The notes under the pieces were generated by a model. That model saw only the letters and a list, made by a program, of their open reading frames with translations, did no database searches and was not told the DNA's origin. From assembly GCA_951406725.2 (NCBI GenBank), contig OX597816.1, positions 140,120,001 to 140,184,000 of the forward strand: DNA of 64,000 nt, given 5' to 3'. The position numbers were made by a program, and so were the translations under genes. The stretch's first letter is position 1. Every line of letters starts with the position of its first letter. Source of the DNA: Octopus vulgaris. Its lineage: Eukaryota. This document shows positions 27,526-41,555 of the stretch, one piece after another.

Positions 27526-27700
27526 CGACCGGCTTCTTTTAGTTTCTGTCTACCAAATCCATTCACAAGGCATTGGTCGACTTGAAGACACTTGTAGAAG
27601 ACACTAGTAGAAGACACTTGCCCAAAGTGGCATGCAGTGGGACTGAACCTGGAACCATGTGGTTGGGAAGTATGCTTCTTATCACACACCGACGCCTGCA
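27526..27700 (-). mobile_element. SINE family A, 5' half
   Basis: Matches the reverse complement of 45512-45675. Confidence 0.85.
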
Positions 27701-28784
27701 TCTCTATTAATAGTTTTAGAATATACAAATCAGTATTCTAAAAATACCATCTCAAAAACGTTTATCATGGGAATGTGGCTGAATATAGATTAACTAGTAA
27801 GCTTAAAATGAAAATGTATTTGGGCGTTTCAACTAAGGTGCGTATAAAGTTTCAGGTTTATTTTATTAACTTCATGCCGCCATTTTGCGTCTTTTTAGAC
27901 ATTTTCGCATAACAAATTATTCGCATAAATATTATTACTGAAATATTGCTTCTAGGTTTTGATCTGCTTTCTCAAACAAGCAGGTAAATTTCAGTTCAAC
28001 AACTGTTTCTGAGTGCGACAGACGGAAAATTTCAATTTTAGCTTCCCCGAATGCATCCGTTACTGTATGTTTGTGAATATATTTTGCGCGCGCGCGCCCG
28101 TGTGTATGTGAAGGTATGTTTATTAAAAAATGTGCGCCTCAAAAACAATATCATGAATGGGTTTGTTTCTATTAGCGTGGGAACTTTTAATTAGATGTAC
28201 AGATTTGTTGTAATCATATGCATACACATACATGCACATATACATGCACAAAAAATACATGCATGCACATACTTATATACATAGAGGTTAAGAAATAATT
28301 AGGTTAATTAGTACAAATGTCGGGTTAGTTCATTATATAATCATTATCGTAGATGGAACTTGTTTATGTTCTTTATTATACAAAGACACTTGGCCTTGAT
28401 TCTAAATTAAAAACCATTGCATGAAGACACACAAGTCTGTCCAGTAGAGTGGTTCATTATACAGTAGTAGGTGGGTGTGGCATGCAAGGGTAGCTTACAT
28501 GAATAGAGACACGTAAGTCTGAGATCATAGGTTAGCTTACGACACAATCGTATAACAGTAAAATGTGAGCTAGTTCATTATATGCAGAAAGGTGGGTGTT
28601 GTAAGTGGGCGTAGTTCATTTTATGTATTACAGAATTCTATTATAAGCCTAGTTACACCGTTATACATATTCCCGCGACATATACGGAGTTACAATTAAA
28701 ACGACTTCCATATTAATTAGTTTGACTCATACGACAAAATGTCCCAGAATTCGCATCTGAATTGGGATTTTTTAATTCTTTCTT

Positions 28785-29320
<536 letters not shown>

Positions 29321-29329
29321 GTAGAGAAT

Positions 29330-30767
29330 GAAGAGAAGTTCTTCTCTTTAACAAAGGAGTCGTCACAGATTGAAGAAACTGATGTGATAGATATTACTTC
29401 TTAGACTGGGTTGATTTACGCAGTTAATAAACCTCCAAAACCAGTGTGATTGATGTTGTGGACAGACCTCCCAGATCAATAAGATGGATGTTATTGCAAC
29501 AACCCAAATGTTCTTAGTTGTCTGTGTATCTCTATAGCGAGTGAGATTGTCATACAAACAGAGGCACTATAAACAGCATCAGTGTGTCACTACGAACAGT
29601 AACATTTCCAAGACGCATCTCCGAAGGACACCATTCAAAATCAATGCTTCCTTTGAGTTAGCAATGTTGGCAACACTGCCAACTGCTCGATTTCTGCCTC
29701 TCCAAACATGATGCGGCCTCTCTCTTAATACCTCAACAAAATCGGAATAACAGCTTGCCATATTATCGATTTCATCAAAGCCCTTTGTAAAGTTGAAGCA
29801 TAGCACAACAACGTGTGAATGACTGACTAACTGATTCAGCACCCAATTGGAATGTTTCAGGAGACATGTGAGACAGCTTCTTCTTGGACAAAATCTATGC
29901 TGAGTGTTAGGGAGCAAACTATTTTCCTCTAAGAACGTGATCAATTTCTCTTTGGTAATTCGCTCCATGGTTCTGCAGAAAGGTAAAGTTAGAGATAGGT
30001 TTGTAATTTTTAGCATCTACTTTACTCCTCTATGAACTCTTCGAAGAATTTCCCACCTGCCAAGGACTTTTGAGGAAGTATCTGGATTGGTTACATATTC
30101 TTGGAAGAATTGTTGGGAATCTGTCAAGGCTAGTTACCGAGTAAAAGTTAATGTTATTTATAGTCGACGTTACATCTTCCTCTTTATGTCGGTATAATCG
30201 ATGGTTGTTGCTTCCTTATGTGATTGTGGTGCCAAAAATACTGATCTAGCTAATACATTTACATGAGTTCTAACTGAAGGTGAAAACACCTTCGAATTTC
30301 TCATTTAGTATTACAATTATCTTTTTGGGTCTGCAGCTTATGAATAATCTCCTTGGAACAACGGCGTTATTTTATAGAGTATTGCGGTTGATTCTCTTGC
30401 AAATTTGGAGAATACTTTTGGCTTCGCTTGAATATTCTCTACAGCTCTGTTCCTTTTCTTTCTGATCCTTTCTTTTCCGTTTAGTGTTTGATATTATTTT
30501 CTATTTCTATGAATGCCTTTTTTTTAAGGCAGGGCTTTAACTGCCAGCTGATTGTTTAGCAGTTTGTGGTTTTGATTCTATGGATCATAAGAATTGACTT
30601 TTCTCTGGGAATTATGTTTTTGTTGATGCTAGTCTTTCTTTCTGAGACGCTTCTAGTGCATATGGGTTTCATTATTGACATTAACTGCTTGACTTTTATG
30701 TCATTGCCTTACATAAGGAAATTTCTAGCCAGTTTTGTTAGAAGATTCCTTTTAAAATATATCTTAT

Positions 30768-30770
<3 letters not shown>
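29330..30770 (-). mobile_element. Old CR1-type LINE fragment
   Basis: MERI...L..FLEEN.LL...QH.F...RSCLT.LL...F.K.FD; homologous to the ORF at 24922. Confidence 0.75.
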
Positions 30771-30842
<72 letters not shown>

Positions 30843-30907
30843 ATATATACATATGAATTGACTATATATATTCACTGGTTTAATTCATCGCATTAGAAGA
30901 AAAGTTC

Positions 30908-31121
30908 TAAAATTACTAATGTAAGAAAATGGAGAGTTAGAAATGTATAGTTAATTCCTAACATTGGATTTAACTCAAATGTTTTGAATTAGGCATTACC
31001 AAAGACCAGAATCTATTGTCTTTTAAAAATTTATTTGTATTTATATCGTAGAAACAAACTATGATGCAAATAAATTAACTATACATCTTTAACTCTCCAT
31101 TTTCTTACATTATTAATTTTA
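30908..31121. repeat. Small element with ~48-bp inverted arms
   Basis: taaaattactaatgtaagaaaatggagagtt...tatagttaatt versus aattaactata...aactctccattttcttacattattaatttta. Confidence 0.75.
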
Positions 31122-31248
31122 CCTATATATATATACATGCACAAACACATTGATATATGTATGCATAGATATATCTCTGTATGTATGTGTAGACGGAAAG
31201 ACACACTCATATCCGCCCATCCATCCATAATAAACACGCATACAAATA

Positions 31249-31305
<57 letters not shown>

Positions 31306-31559
31306 ATAGCGTTGTGCTCAGCTATGAGTATTGCATTTATCTTTTTAGGGAATTCTGTATAGTATAGCTGTGTTGTTTAATAATATTTGCTTGGTAGTTT
31401 CTTTTGCGATTTAATTCTTGGCAATTTCTCCTTAATATAAGTGCCTGGTGATTCGTTGAGTATATGTATGACTAATATAGTTGGTGTCCTAAAGTTCACT
31501 ACTTGTGCAAATGCAACCAAATAGCCTAACCAAATTAATCATTACGAAATTCAGTTCTA

Positions 31560-32115
31560 TATTTAAAAGATGAGGAATTATGTACATTATTTGCATTTGA
31601 CAGATATTTGTTCTCATCTTGCTGCCTTGGGGAAATTTCGAGCGTGGGTTCTCATTCCTAAGGTATTTTTCGATGTTTCGGAATCTTGGGGTTAGTAGCC
31701 TGCGCTCTTAACCACTATACCATATGCCCGTAGGGCAATTATGGAGTGGATTTTAGGGTTTATAAATCTAATATTTTCTTATCCTTCCTTAATACCGGTT
31801 CCCATATGCTACTCATATCTGCACTCGGTCTGCTTAGGAGGTTGTTTTGTCCTAGCATATGTGCTGCTTTTTTTAGTTTTCGTATTTTCTAGTGGCGTTC
31901 TCTGTCTATTATTTTAACTTCATCCCACAGGGGGAGGTGGTCTCCATTTTTTCCTATATGATCAGCTATACCCGATTTATCAATATCTCCTCGTGTCACA
32001 GCTTTGCGATGTTCCTCTACCCTTATTTTGAGGGTAGTGGTTAAGAGCGCGAACTACTAACCCCAACATTCCAAGTTCGATTCCAGGCAGTGACCTGTAT
32101 TACAATAATAATAAT

Positions 32116-32189
<74 letters not shown>

Positions 32190-32312
32190 CAACATCGAAA
32201 AATACCTTTGGAATGAGAATCCAGGTTCGAAATTTCCCCAAGACACTTAGCTGGAGGGTATATCAACCGAAACATTGACTAATATCCGTCAAATATAAAT
32301 AATGTAAATAAT
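31560..32312 (-). mobile_element. PLE (Penelope/Poseidon-type) 3' fragment with 3' pLTR (31560-31730) and an inverted pLTR copy (32034-32312)
   Basis: The minus strand 32033-31760 translates LKIRVEEHRKAV.RG..DKSGIADH...HLPLWDEVKIIDRE....RKLK.AAH.....LLSRPS...SSIW.PVL (GIY-YIG C-terminal half). The flanking pLTRs match 40018-40357. Confidence 0.85.
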
Positions 32313-33406
32313 TACGAAATTCGCCGAGAAATGACAACAAGTCCCAGAATACAATTCCGTACAAAAATTCAGCATCCAGAAGAATACAAATCCTAGAGAC
32401 ATAATAATCCGTTTCTAGACATAAACATCTAGATAGAAAATAATAGGTACATTGCGTTTACTGATACAAAAAGACAATTGAATGATTACTCTTACATGAA
32501 GACAGTAGACAGACACACAGATGGTAAAATGTCAATGGAAAAATCTCTACTTGGCACAAGCCCTTAAATTTTGACTGGTATTTAATTTATCGACCCCAAA
32601 AAATGCAAGGCAAAATTGACTTCAGTGCAATTTTAACTCAGAGTTAAAGACGGGCAAAATGTTGCCAAACATTTTGTCCGACATGCTAACGATTCTTAAG
32701 CCATAGAACAATACAAACACAAATACAAGCCAATAGATACATCACACTCTATGTGGGGGATATCCGTCGATCTAGAATGACAATATATGAGGTGGGTCTG
32801 AGCAAGGTTTTTTTATTTTACTTTTTAGAAAGACTTAGCATCTGCCTATACATGTAAGTCTCCCCTTTCCATGCCACAGATGTTTGTTCAAAGAATATAC
32901 CACCGATGTGGGCTGGTACATCTTGGCACAAGTATTGTCGGATTTGTAGCAGTCAGAACACCAAGAGCCAGAACAGTTACAGTAAGGAATCTTGCTCGAT
33001 CCTGCAAATTTTCGCCAGTCCACTGCCCTGGATTCATTTTTTTTTGCAACCCAGAAAAGATGAAGGGCAAAGCTGACCTCGACAAAATTTGAACTAAAAT
33101 TTCAGAGTCGGAACAAATGAAGTGAAGCATTCTATCCAACGCTCTAACGACTCTGGTAATTCATTGCCTATACATAAAGACTTAACACACACATAAAATG
33201 CGTTTCACGAATCAAGTTCATAACGACTATAGAACGGATGAAACATTATCACGTACACAAACCTTGTAAAACGGACTGTAGAATGCATTACTCCAGATCA
33301 CAATCTCACACTGCTAATATACTATCAAAAGACATTAAAATTAAGGCGTTAAAACTTTGTTTCGTAGGCTCATTCATTGACCCTACTGAACTTTCGACAC
33401 TATGAG

Positions 33407-33492
<86 letters not shown>

Positions 33493-33899
33493 TGTGTGTG
33501 TGTGTGAATGTGTACGAGCGCGCCTATATTTGAGAGTTGGCATGTCTGGCTGTATGTATTTATAGCAGGGTTGTCTGACAGGTGTGTTTGTGACAAATTT
33601 TCACCTCTGAGTTCCCACGCAAATATAAATAACTTATCACTTTTCTGGGTTATTTAAAAAAAAAACACACTTATAGATATATATACACACATACACATAC
33701 GCACATACACATATACACATACATACTCACATTGACAATATTGACAGATAATATATACTCTCTCATGCACTTGCGCACGTAATCTTACAGATGCATTGTG
33801 TTGGTGTGGTCAATACGATCATGCATATCCATGTTCATACACACCCACATAAATTATACACACCCTCTCTCATGTGTGTGTATGTGTGTGTGTGTAGTT

Positions 33900-36100
33900 T
33901 CCACATTTCTGTCCGTATGAACATACATCAGAAATAGCAGCCTCTTGACTGAAAATTTCAGACGTATAACTTCTCAGCTCAGTGTCAATGGATTTAGTAA
34001 AGGAGCTCGCCAAGACACTGGCCCTTGTTTTTGGTTGTGTATTCGGAACCGCACAAGTATGCCCGATACCCGACAAGTCTATCCACGACAATCTCCAGCT
34101 CATGCGATACGTCATAGAACGGGTCAGGAATAGATTTAGCTTTAACGGAACACTGGTCAGTTTAGATCAGTCCAAGGCATTCGACAGTGTAAACCGTCAC
34201 TATCAGGCGGCTATCCTAAGAGCTGTCATTTTCATCACTGATAGTGACAACATCCTCAGCAACAGGAACAACTTCAACCTGTGGAGGAAATGTTGATGGG
34301 GATGACAGTACATTTGGTTGAGATCACCACACTGTACAGCAGTATCTGCTCAGTTGTCATGTTGAACGACCACTTCCTGGGACCTTTCAGTATCGAACGT
34401 TTGATCTGTCGAGGCTACCCTTCTCTTGGCTCTTGTTTAGGCGTTGGAACCTTTCCTGCGAAGGATGGAGAGTTTGAGGAGTATCACGCTGGATCTAGGT
34501 CACTGTGTTTGCATATGCGGATGACGTCCCTGGAATGATGTCGGACACTTTAAATATAGAACCGATCGACACTATACTGAGGGTATAGCAGATATGTACA
34601 GGAAGACACAAAAACCAGGACAATTCGGTGGTTTTGCAATTAGGCACCTAGAGAGGCAAGTCCATCTTTATCCATGACGACCATTGTCCAATGAAAGTGT
34701 TCATAGTCTGTCCATAGTATGACCAGGTGGATAGGAACCAGGAAGAGGACATAAATGATGGTCAATCTCACACAAGAATTAGGCTGAAAGGAAGCCGTCT
34801 CTGAAAAGCCGGGCGGAAGTAGTGAATTCATATACCCACTCGGTAGTGTACTACCTTCTGGCGTAACTTGTCTCATGAAAACTCTGACCAGATTGGAATG
34901 CTTGCTTTTCCGACTCTTCTGGAAGGGTCAGGTTCCGCTGACAAGGAAATTCAGTAACTGCTAACACCCATTCCGTGGTGGTCTTGGGATATTGTCATTG
35001 AAGATGTACCGGCACGAGTTGTGTGTGTGTGTGTGTACGAGCATGTCTTCACGACGACGACGTATGTGAGAGTGATCTGGTGTAGGCATTTTTCGCGCGA
35101 CACGTCTTTCCGTTGCACGTCTCCCTGACTGAGCTATAGGTATAGATGAAGCGTAGACAAAGATTGGGCGTTTGTCATCTAGAATGTGGATAGGCGCTCA
35201 CAGAATTGTACCAGCTAGACGAAGCTATATGCAAAAATAAATAAATAAATAAATAAATAAAACAACTAAAGATTACCATAAGGAATTAGTTGAGGATATG
35301 GGCGATGACAGCCTAGAATTGACTGTGGGCATCGACAAAAGCAGTCTGTGTGGTTTCTTCTGGAGGACTTTCATGTTGGAGACTGTAGACAAGACAACTT
35401 CCAAAAGTCAATGGCATGGTAGTGCTACAGAGGAGGGGTATAACTTGTTCGTGACAAGCTCTTTAGGAATGGAAGCGCCAACAGCCAGAAACATGCAGGA
35501 GACGAAATCGTCCTGCAAGCAATCGTTCAGAGTCTGTGCATTAGCGACTTGTGGGATTGTGTTGAGTAGTAGCTATTTCGTGTAAGACGATTCCGGCTGT
35601 CCGCCGAGTATATGGTAAAGATTGACGCACTATTTCCATTTGATAGAAAATGAAGGCAAATATTTCCCTGCTGTGGACTCGTCTGAAAGGTTTGAAGGTA
35701 GACGATTTCCTATCTAGCCAAGCTCTTTAGTATCATTTGACGAGAAAGGTGAAGGAGAGGTTGCCTTCTCGAGTGTTTAGCAAAAGATAGGGAAGAGTTG
35801 CAATACTAGTGAAGCTAAATGAGACCACTCTGATTATGCTGTTGATAGGAGAAAAATTTGAAGAGAGTATTTCCAATGCTTTGGAGACGGCAGAATAATG
35901 AGGGACTTTTTGTGGGGATTGCCCCGCTATTAATGATACTATTTATTTATTTATTTTCCTGTATTCTATTTTCATATCTTTATAGTTGCTTCCCTTTTTG
36001 ATCGATGTAAGCCCTAACTTTTGGCGTTTGTGTGCATTTATTTCGTCCTTTGATGTAGTCATCAATATATTGGGCATTTGTGGCCAATAAAAGAAATTAT
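33900..36100 (+). mobile_element. Tx1/L1-clade LINE, 5'-truncated and heavily decayed
   Basis: Motifs ENFR.IT, Q....P.KSIHDNL.LMR..I, LVSLDQSKAFD.V, AYADDV (34511-34528); 3' end ttgtggccaataaaagaaat. Confidence 0.8.
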
Positions 36101-36202
36101 TATCCATAATATTATTCTAGCTGCTTCTACAGTTTTACTGTTTTGTCCGTTTGTTACACCAAAGGAACTAATAATACGAATGGAGAAAGATATGATATGA
36201 TA

Positions 36203-36253
<51 letters not shown>

Positions 36254-36254
36254 T

Positions 36255-36318
<64 letters not shown>

Positions 36319-36480
36319 CAGTAAAAATTTAGATTCAGTTGGATATGGTACTTAAGTTAAAGAAACCAGAATTTAGTATGGTATTATCCATATAATTCAA
36401 AATAGGGTGATTACAATCAAGATAAGCAACAATGCATTCTGCATTACCTCTGGATATCCTTGTTGCTTATTTTGATTTTG

Positions 36481-36548
<68 letters not shown>

Positions 36549-36698
36549 GGTTATGAAAGTTAATGGTGTCAAGAAGACCCAAAGGTGTCAGGTAATGGTG
36601 AGTAAGTGCTATGGACAGACTATAGTTAAGCTCCAGGCTTGGTGATTATGCGAATGAGGAGTCCAACGTCGATCATATATCAGCATGCGTATATATAA

Positions 36699-36838
36699 AA
36701 AATTAACAGAATGAGATAAAAGTCCAAGGCTGTGGAAGATTTCAGAACATTTATAAAGAGAAGGCCTAGACCTTCTCTTTATAAATGTTCTGAAATCTTC
36801 CACAGCCTTGGACTTTTATCTCACCCTGTTAATTTTAT
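36699..36838. repeat. Near-perfect hairpin (53-bp perfect arms, 6-nt loop)
   Basis: 36712-36764 is the exact reverse complement of 36771-36823. Confidence 0.95.
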
Positions 36839-36877
36839 ACACACACACACACAAACATATACACACACACACACACA

Positions 36878-36929
<52 letters not shown>

Positions 36930-36933
36930 TATA

Positions 36934-37310
36934 TATATCTTATAAGCAAGGGCTAAGGAAGATATACTGATATTCCACGGAAGTCAACATGTTGTCCTGA
37001 GACTGACCTAAGAATTTTTATTTTTAGATATAATTGAGTTACTTAAATGTACTTGTGTTATTCGCTTCGGCTGTTTCCATAAACGCATGTGAGTACCTTA
37101 ATTATATTCTCTCGTAAGCTCAACTGAAGACGAACGAACCCTTATGTGGTTAATTCCGAAATTGATTCAATATTGAGATAACGAAATTTAAACGTTCCAA
37201 TGGTTAGTTGCCCGAATTTCAGTTCAATTTTCTGTAGCAAGCGGATTAAATGTGGAATATCAGTATATTGGCTTTAGAATAATCTTCTTTAGCCCTTGCT
37301 TATAAGATAT
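36934..37310. mobile_element. Short PLE-derived unit with inverted ends enclosing an HHR
   Basis: atatcttataagcaagggctaa..aagat/atactgatattccac at 36934-36977 is inverted at 37252-37310. Confidence 0.65.
37119..37177 (+). ncRNA. Type I hammerhead ribozyme
   Basis: ctcaa-CTGAAGA-cgaa...ttcc-GAAA-ttgattcaa-TA-ttgag: intact core, 5-bp stem I, paired stem III, AUA cleavage triplet, and one mismatch at the base of stem II. Confidence 0.75.
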
Positions 37311-37744
37311 TTATAATTTTTAACCGTAAAGGTTCTTTTAATATACTGCCACACTTCCTGATGGAATTCTTTTCTGTAGAGAAAAAAACTTCATCCTTTT
37401 TTAATAGTAGTATACCTATATATATATATAAAATATACACATACAGAGAGGGAGAGAGAGAGGGGGCGATATTATTCTGTGTGTGTGTGTTTTCAAATCG
37501 CAGGCACATTCGAAATACTTAACATAATGAAACAATGTTACGAAGATCTACAAATCTTAAAATATATATCAACAGATACAGGCTGAAGTTCAAAAATCTG
37601 GACCTAAAGAGCGCCAGATTTTCAAAAATGCCGAATTTTTTTATGGTTATATATGCTGTGAGCACTGAGATGGATATAATCGACTTACCTCTCCCCTCAA
37701 AACCACTGTCCCTGTGCCAAAATTTGAAACTATCATTAAAGGTT

Positions 37745-38285
37745 GATTGATTGGCAGAATGGCTAGAACGTTGAGAAAATGCTTAGCGGTATTTCTTCCT
37801 GCTCTTTATGTTCTGGCCGTGTGCCAAAATTGGAAGCCATTATCATTACTATGATTCGAGCTGGCAGTATTGCTAAAGCATCAGAACACGCTTTGGGATA
37901 TTTGTTACGGTTCTTTACGTTCTAAGGTCAAATTGCGCTGAAGTCATTTTTGTCTCCTGTGCTTCCGGGGTACATAAAATAAAGTACCAGTCAAGTGCTA
38001 GGGTCGTTGTAATCGATAGTACCAACCGCTCAAAAAATTGCGGACTTTGTACATAAATCAAAAACCATTAATAAGGCAGCAAGCTGGCAGAATAGTTAGG
38101 GCATTGGCAAAATGCTTTGCAACATTGTTCCCGCCTCCTTGCGTTCTGAATTGAAAATCTGCCAAGGTCAGTTTTACCTTTCATCCTTCTGGACTCGATA
38201 AAATATAGCATCAGTCAAGTACTAGGATTGATGTTATTGATCTCTAAAATTCCCGGTCTTCTGACAAATTGTGAAACAATTATTA
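37745..38285 (+). mobile_element. Cluster of old SINE family B copies
   Basis: Three ggcag(a/t)a heads (~37754, ~37863, ~38086) with decayed family-B bodies. Confidence 0.65.
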
Positions 38286-38949
38286 TTATAGATAAGGGCG
38301 ATTAATAACCAACGAATACAGAGTTTATTAGTTCTTGGCATCGGTTTACAAAGTAGCCTGTTTGGGTACCTATTCGCATTTTTTTATGCGGAAGGTGATA
38401 TTCGATACTGTGATCCTATATATAATTACAATGTCTGAATAAAACACAGGTTTGTCGCGCTGGTTTTGCTTTGTTACGGATGGCCTTGGACTAAAATAAA
38501 ACTCAGCATTTGCGGCGTTAGACACACGTAGGACCCATACTGGATGCAAACCTTTAACTTATCAATTGGTCTTTCGTATCTTCTACTCAGTAACGAACGA
38601 TCTCACTTAAATATTAAGATACGGTATTAAGCAAAGTTTCAATGAAATTCCGCTCCTTACAGGAAATTATTAATTTTTAAAATACATTTGAGGTCATTAA
38701 TTTAGATGCACAATACCTTTGCAAATGAATGAGACATAAAGATGAGAATCAACATTTACAATGGTAAAACTGCACATGTTTGTACATGTGCTTGTATTTC
38801 AAAGGTTACGAAAGTAGAAACTGCTGGGAATAACAGCATTAATTTCCCAACGTTGCTTAATGACTAACTGCTCTGAGGTAAACTATAGGAAATACCATTT
38901 AATAAAACAATACTTAGGTGAGGTGTATACTGTTTTATATCTTTCTTAT

Positions 38950-39170
38950 ATTCTTTTATTTGTTTCAGTTATTAGGCTGCGGCCATACTGGAGGACCGCC
39001 CTGAAAATTTTTAGTCGAACGAATCTACCCCAGTACTTATTTTTGTAAGCCTAGTATTTATTCTATTGGTCTCTTTTGCCGAACCGCTGAAGTTACGGGG
39101 ACGTAAACGCATCAACGCCGGTTGTCAATCGTTGGTAGGGGACGAACGCAAATCCAAAGACAAAGACACG
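38950..39170 (-). mobile_element. SINE family A, 3' half
   Basis: Matches the reverse complement of 45730-45905. Confidence 0.8.
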
Positions 39171-39194
39171 CATGCACGCACATATATATGTATG

Positions 39195-40017
39195 CAGTAG
39201 CGGCCATAATATAAGGGTCAGTAAGAACAAGCATATTGAAATAGTTATAGAAGATTACGTTGAGACTAGATATTTTACAAATGTGTAGATATATCTAATA
39301 TCTATCTTTCGTGAAAATTTCAAGTGAATGGAATAAATTTTTCGTAAGTTATGAGGAAATAAACAAATAATCTTCCAAATTGCAGTTACCAAAAGTTAAG
39401 GGTCACTTAGAAAAAATGATTAATTAACCGAGGTATTTGTTGTTACTTCTTATGATCTTACATTATTAGAATATCCAACTTTCAACATGGCGGCTTGTGA
39501 AAGACGACTGGTGTCCTCTGAGGAAAAAAAAAGTATTCTGTGACAGCAACTACCGTAGGAGAGTCTAGAAGTGTTGTGCAACGAATTGTACCTCGTTTTG
39601 AATCATGAGGATCGACAGATGCTAAACCCCAAACCGGTAGATCTAGTAAAACTTCACCAAGACAGGATTGTATTATGGTTAGAATGTCACTGAACGATAG
39701 GTTTAAGAATGCTGCTGGTCAACGTATCATACAAAACAGTTTCCCGGAGGTTACGAGATTCTGGGTTGCTTGCTCAGGCACCGGCAAAGAAACCTCTGAT
39801 CTCCAAGAAGAATCAAAGAGCTCGTCTTTGTTTCGCTCACTAACATGTAGTTTGGTCGCAGGTTCATTTTAGCGATGAATCGAAGTTTAATGTGAATGGT
39901 TCCGATGGCGGGATGTACGTCTGACGAAGTGGTGAAAGGCTATCTCGTGCATGTGTGAAGAAGACAGTGAAATATTGAGGAGGCAGTGTAATGGTATAGG
40001 GAGTGATCTCTGCTGCT
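39195..40017 (+). mobile_element. Tc1-like transposon remnant interrupted by a PLE pLTR
   Basis: Motifs HFSDESKFNV.GSDG and TVK..GGSVMV.G at 39865-40005; TIR-like cagtagcggccataatataaggg at 39195. Confidence 0.7.
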
Positions 40018-40083
40018 TATGGCATAGTGGTTAAAAGCGCGGTCTACTAACCCCAAGATTCCGAGTTCGATTCCAGGCAGTGA

Positions 40084-40182
<99 letters not shown>

Positions 40183-40357
40183 TAACAACAACAACAACAA
40201 CAACAACATCGAAAAATACCTTAGGAATGAGAACCCAGGTTCGAATTTTCCCCAAGACACCTGATGAAGGCTTGAGGGTATATCAGCCGAAACGTTGTGT
40301 TAACAACAAACAAGATGAGAACAAATATCTGTCAGATGTAAATAATGTAAATAATGT
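40018..40357 (+). mobile_element. Solo PLE pLTR: tRNA-like head, (AAT)n tract and hammerhead ribozyme
   Basis: A box tggcatagtgg, anticodon-like loop ctactaa and B box gagttcgattcc; homologous to the pLTRs at 31560-31730 and 32034-32312. Confidence 0.8.
40256..40301 (+). ncRNA. Minimal type I hammerhead ribozyme
   Basis: gacac-CTGATGA-aggc..tga gggtata tca gcc-GAAA-cg-TT-gtgtt: intact core with palindromic stem III aacgtt (dimer-type PLE HHR). Confidence 0.8.
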
Positions 40358-40818
40358 TTTTCTGCGTCGCTTCTAAATATTTTGCTTTTACTTCATGTGT
40401 TAAATATTCTGAGACAGGAAACCAATAACGTGAGATTTTGTCTTTTCCAACTTGACAAATGTTCCTATTTTGTAACGTTTAGTCTACTTCTTGTTGGGAT
40501 ATGACTTTCTACTATCATTAAGATACTGAGTAACTGCAACCTGATAACTATTGAGCTTGTGGCACTTGTTGCACCAGACCAATACAAATTTAAAGGACGA
40601 GAGACAGGGATTGGATCAGCATAAGTTATACCCATAAAAACATTCTTCGCCAAGGTTGTTTAACATGCCTTGTTGAACTCTCATTCGTTGAGACTACGAG
40701 AGAGTTCATATATATATATATATACATACATACATACATTCGTACACACACATACACACATACGTACGTACATACACACATACGTACATACATACACACA
40801 TACGTACATACATACATA

Positions 40819-40889
<71 letters not shown>

Positions 40890-41014
40890 TGTTTTGTCCA
40901 TGTGCTCAAAGCCTGTAGATCGCTTGGAGACACAAGGTGTGTTATTAAAACTTGCCTAAGGCTACATCTCTAGTGCATAAAACTATTTGTAGCTCGTAAC
41001 TATATACAGTGTAC

Positions 41015-41089
<75 letters not shown>

Positions 41090-41104
41090 ATATCTTAGTG
41101 AATA

Positions 41105-41270
41105 CAGCGCAGCCATAGCTGTGTGGTAAGAAGTTTACTTCCCAACCACATAATTCCCTGTTCAATCCCAACGCATGACACCTTGGGGGCAAGTATCTTC
41201 TACTACAGCCTGAGGCCGAGCAAATCCTTATGAGTGGATCTAGTTGATGGAAACTGAAAGGAGTTTCTTG

Positions 41271-41304
<34 letters not shown>

Positions 41305-41435
41305 CGGCATAAGAGATCGATAGTGTAACTAACAGGCTTAAAAACAAGCACTGGGATCGATTCATTCGAATAAAATCCTTCAAGAGGTTGCCCCAGCATG
41401 GTCGGGGTCTAATGACTGAAAAAAGTAAAAGTTGA
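41105..41435 (+). mobile_element. SINE family A, degenerate
   Basis: gctgtgtggtaag...ggaaactgaaag...ccagcatgg...aatgactgaaa. Confidence 0.8.
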
Positions 41436-41555
41436 AATACAAAAGTTGTGATCAGAAGAGAAGTATCTCCATAGGCTGAGTCTGAGTGCGTGGAAAAGGA
41501 GAAACTGAAAAAGACAGACAGACAAACAGACAGACAAACAAATAGGCAGGAAGAT

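Noticed and set aside
40018-40085. Possible genuine tRNA gene (anticodon ACT)
   Set aside because: The acceptor and T stems do not pair well and it is part of a repeated pLTR, so it is treated as tRNA-derived.
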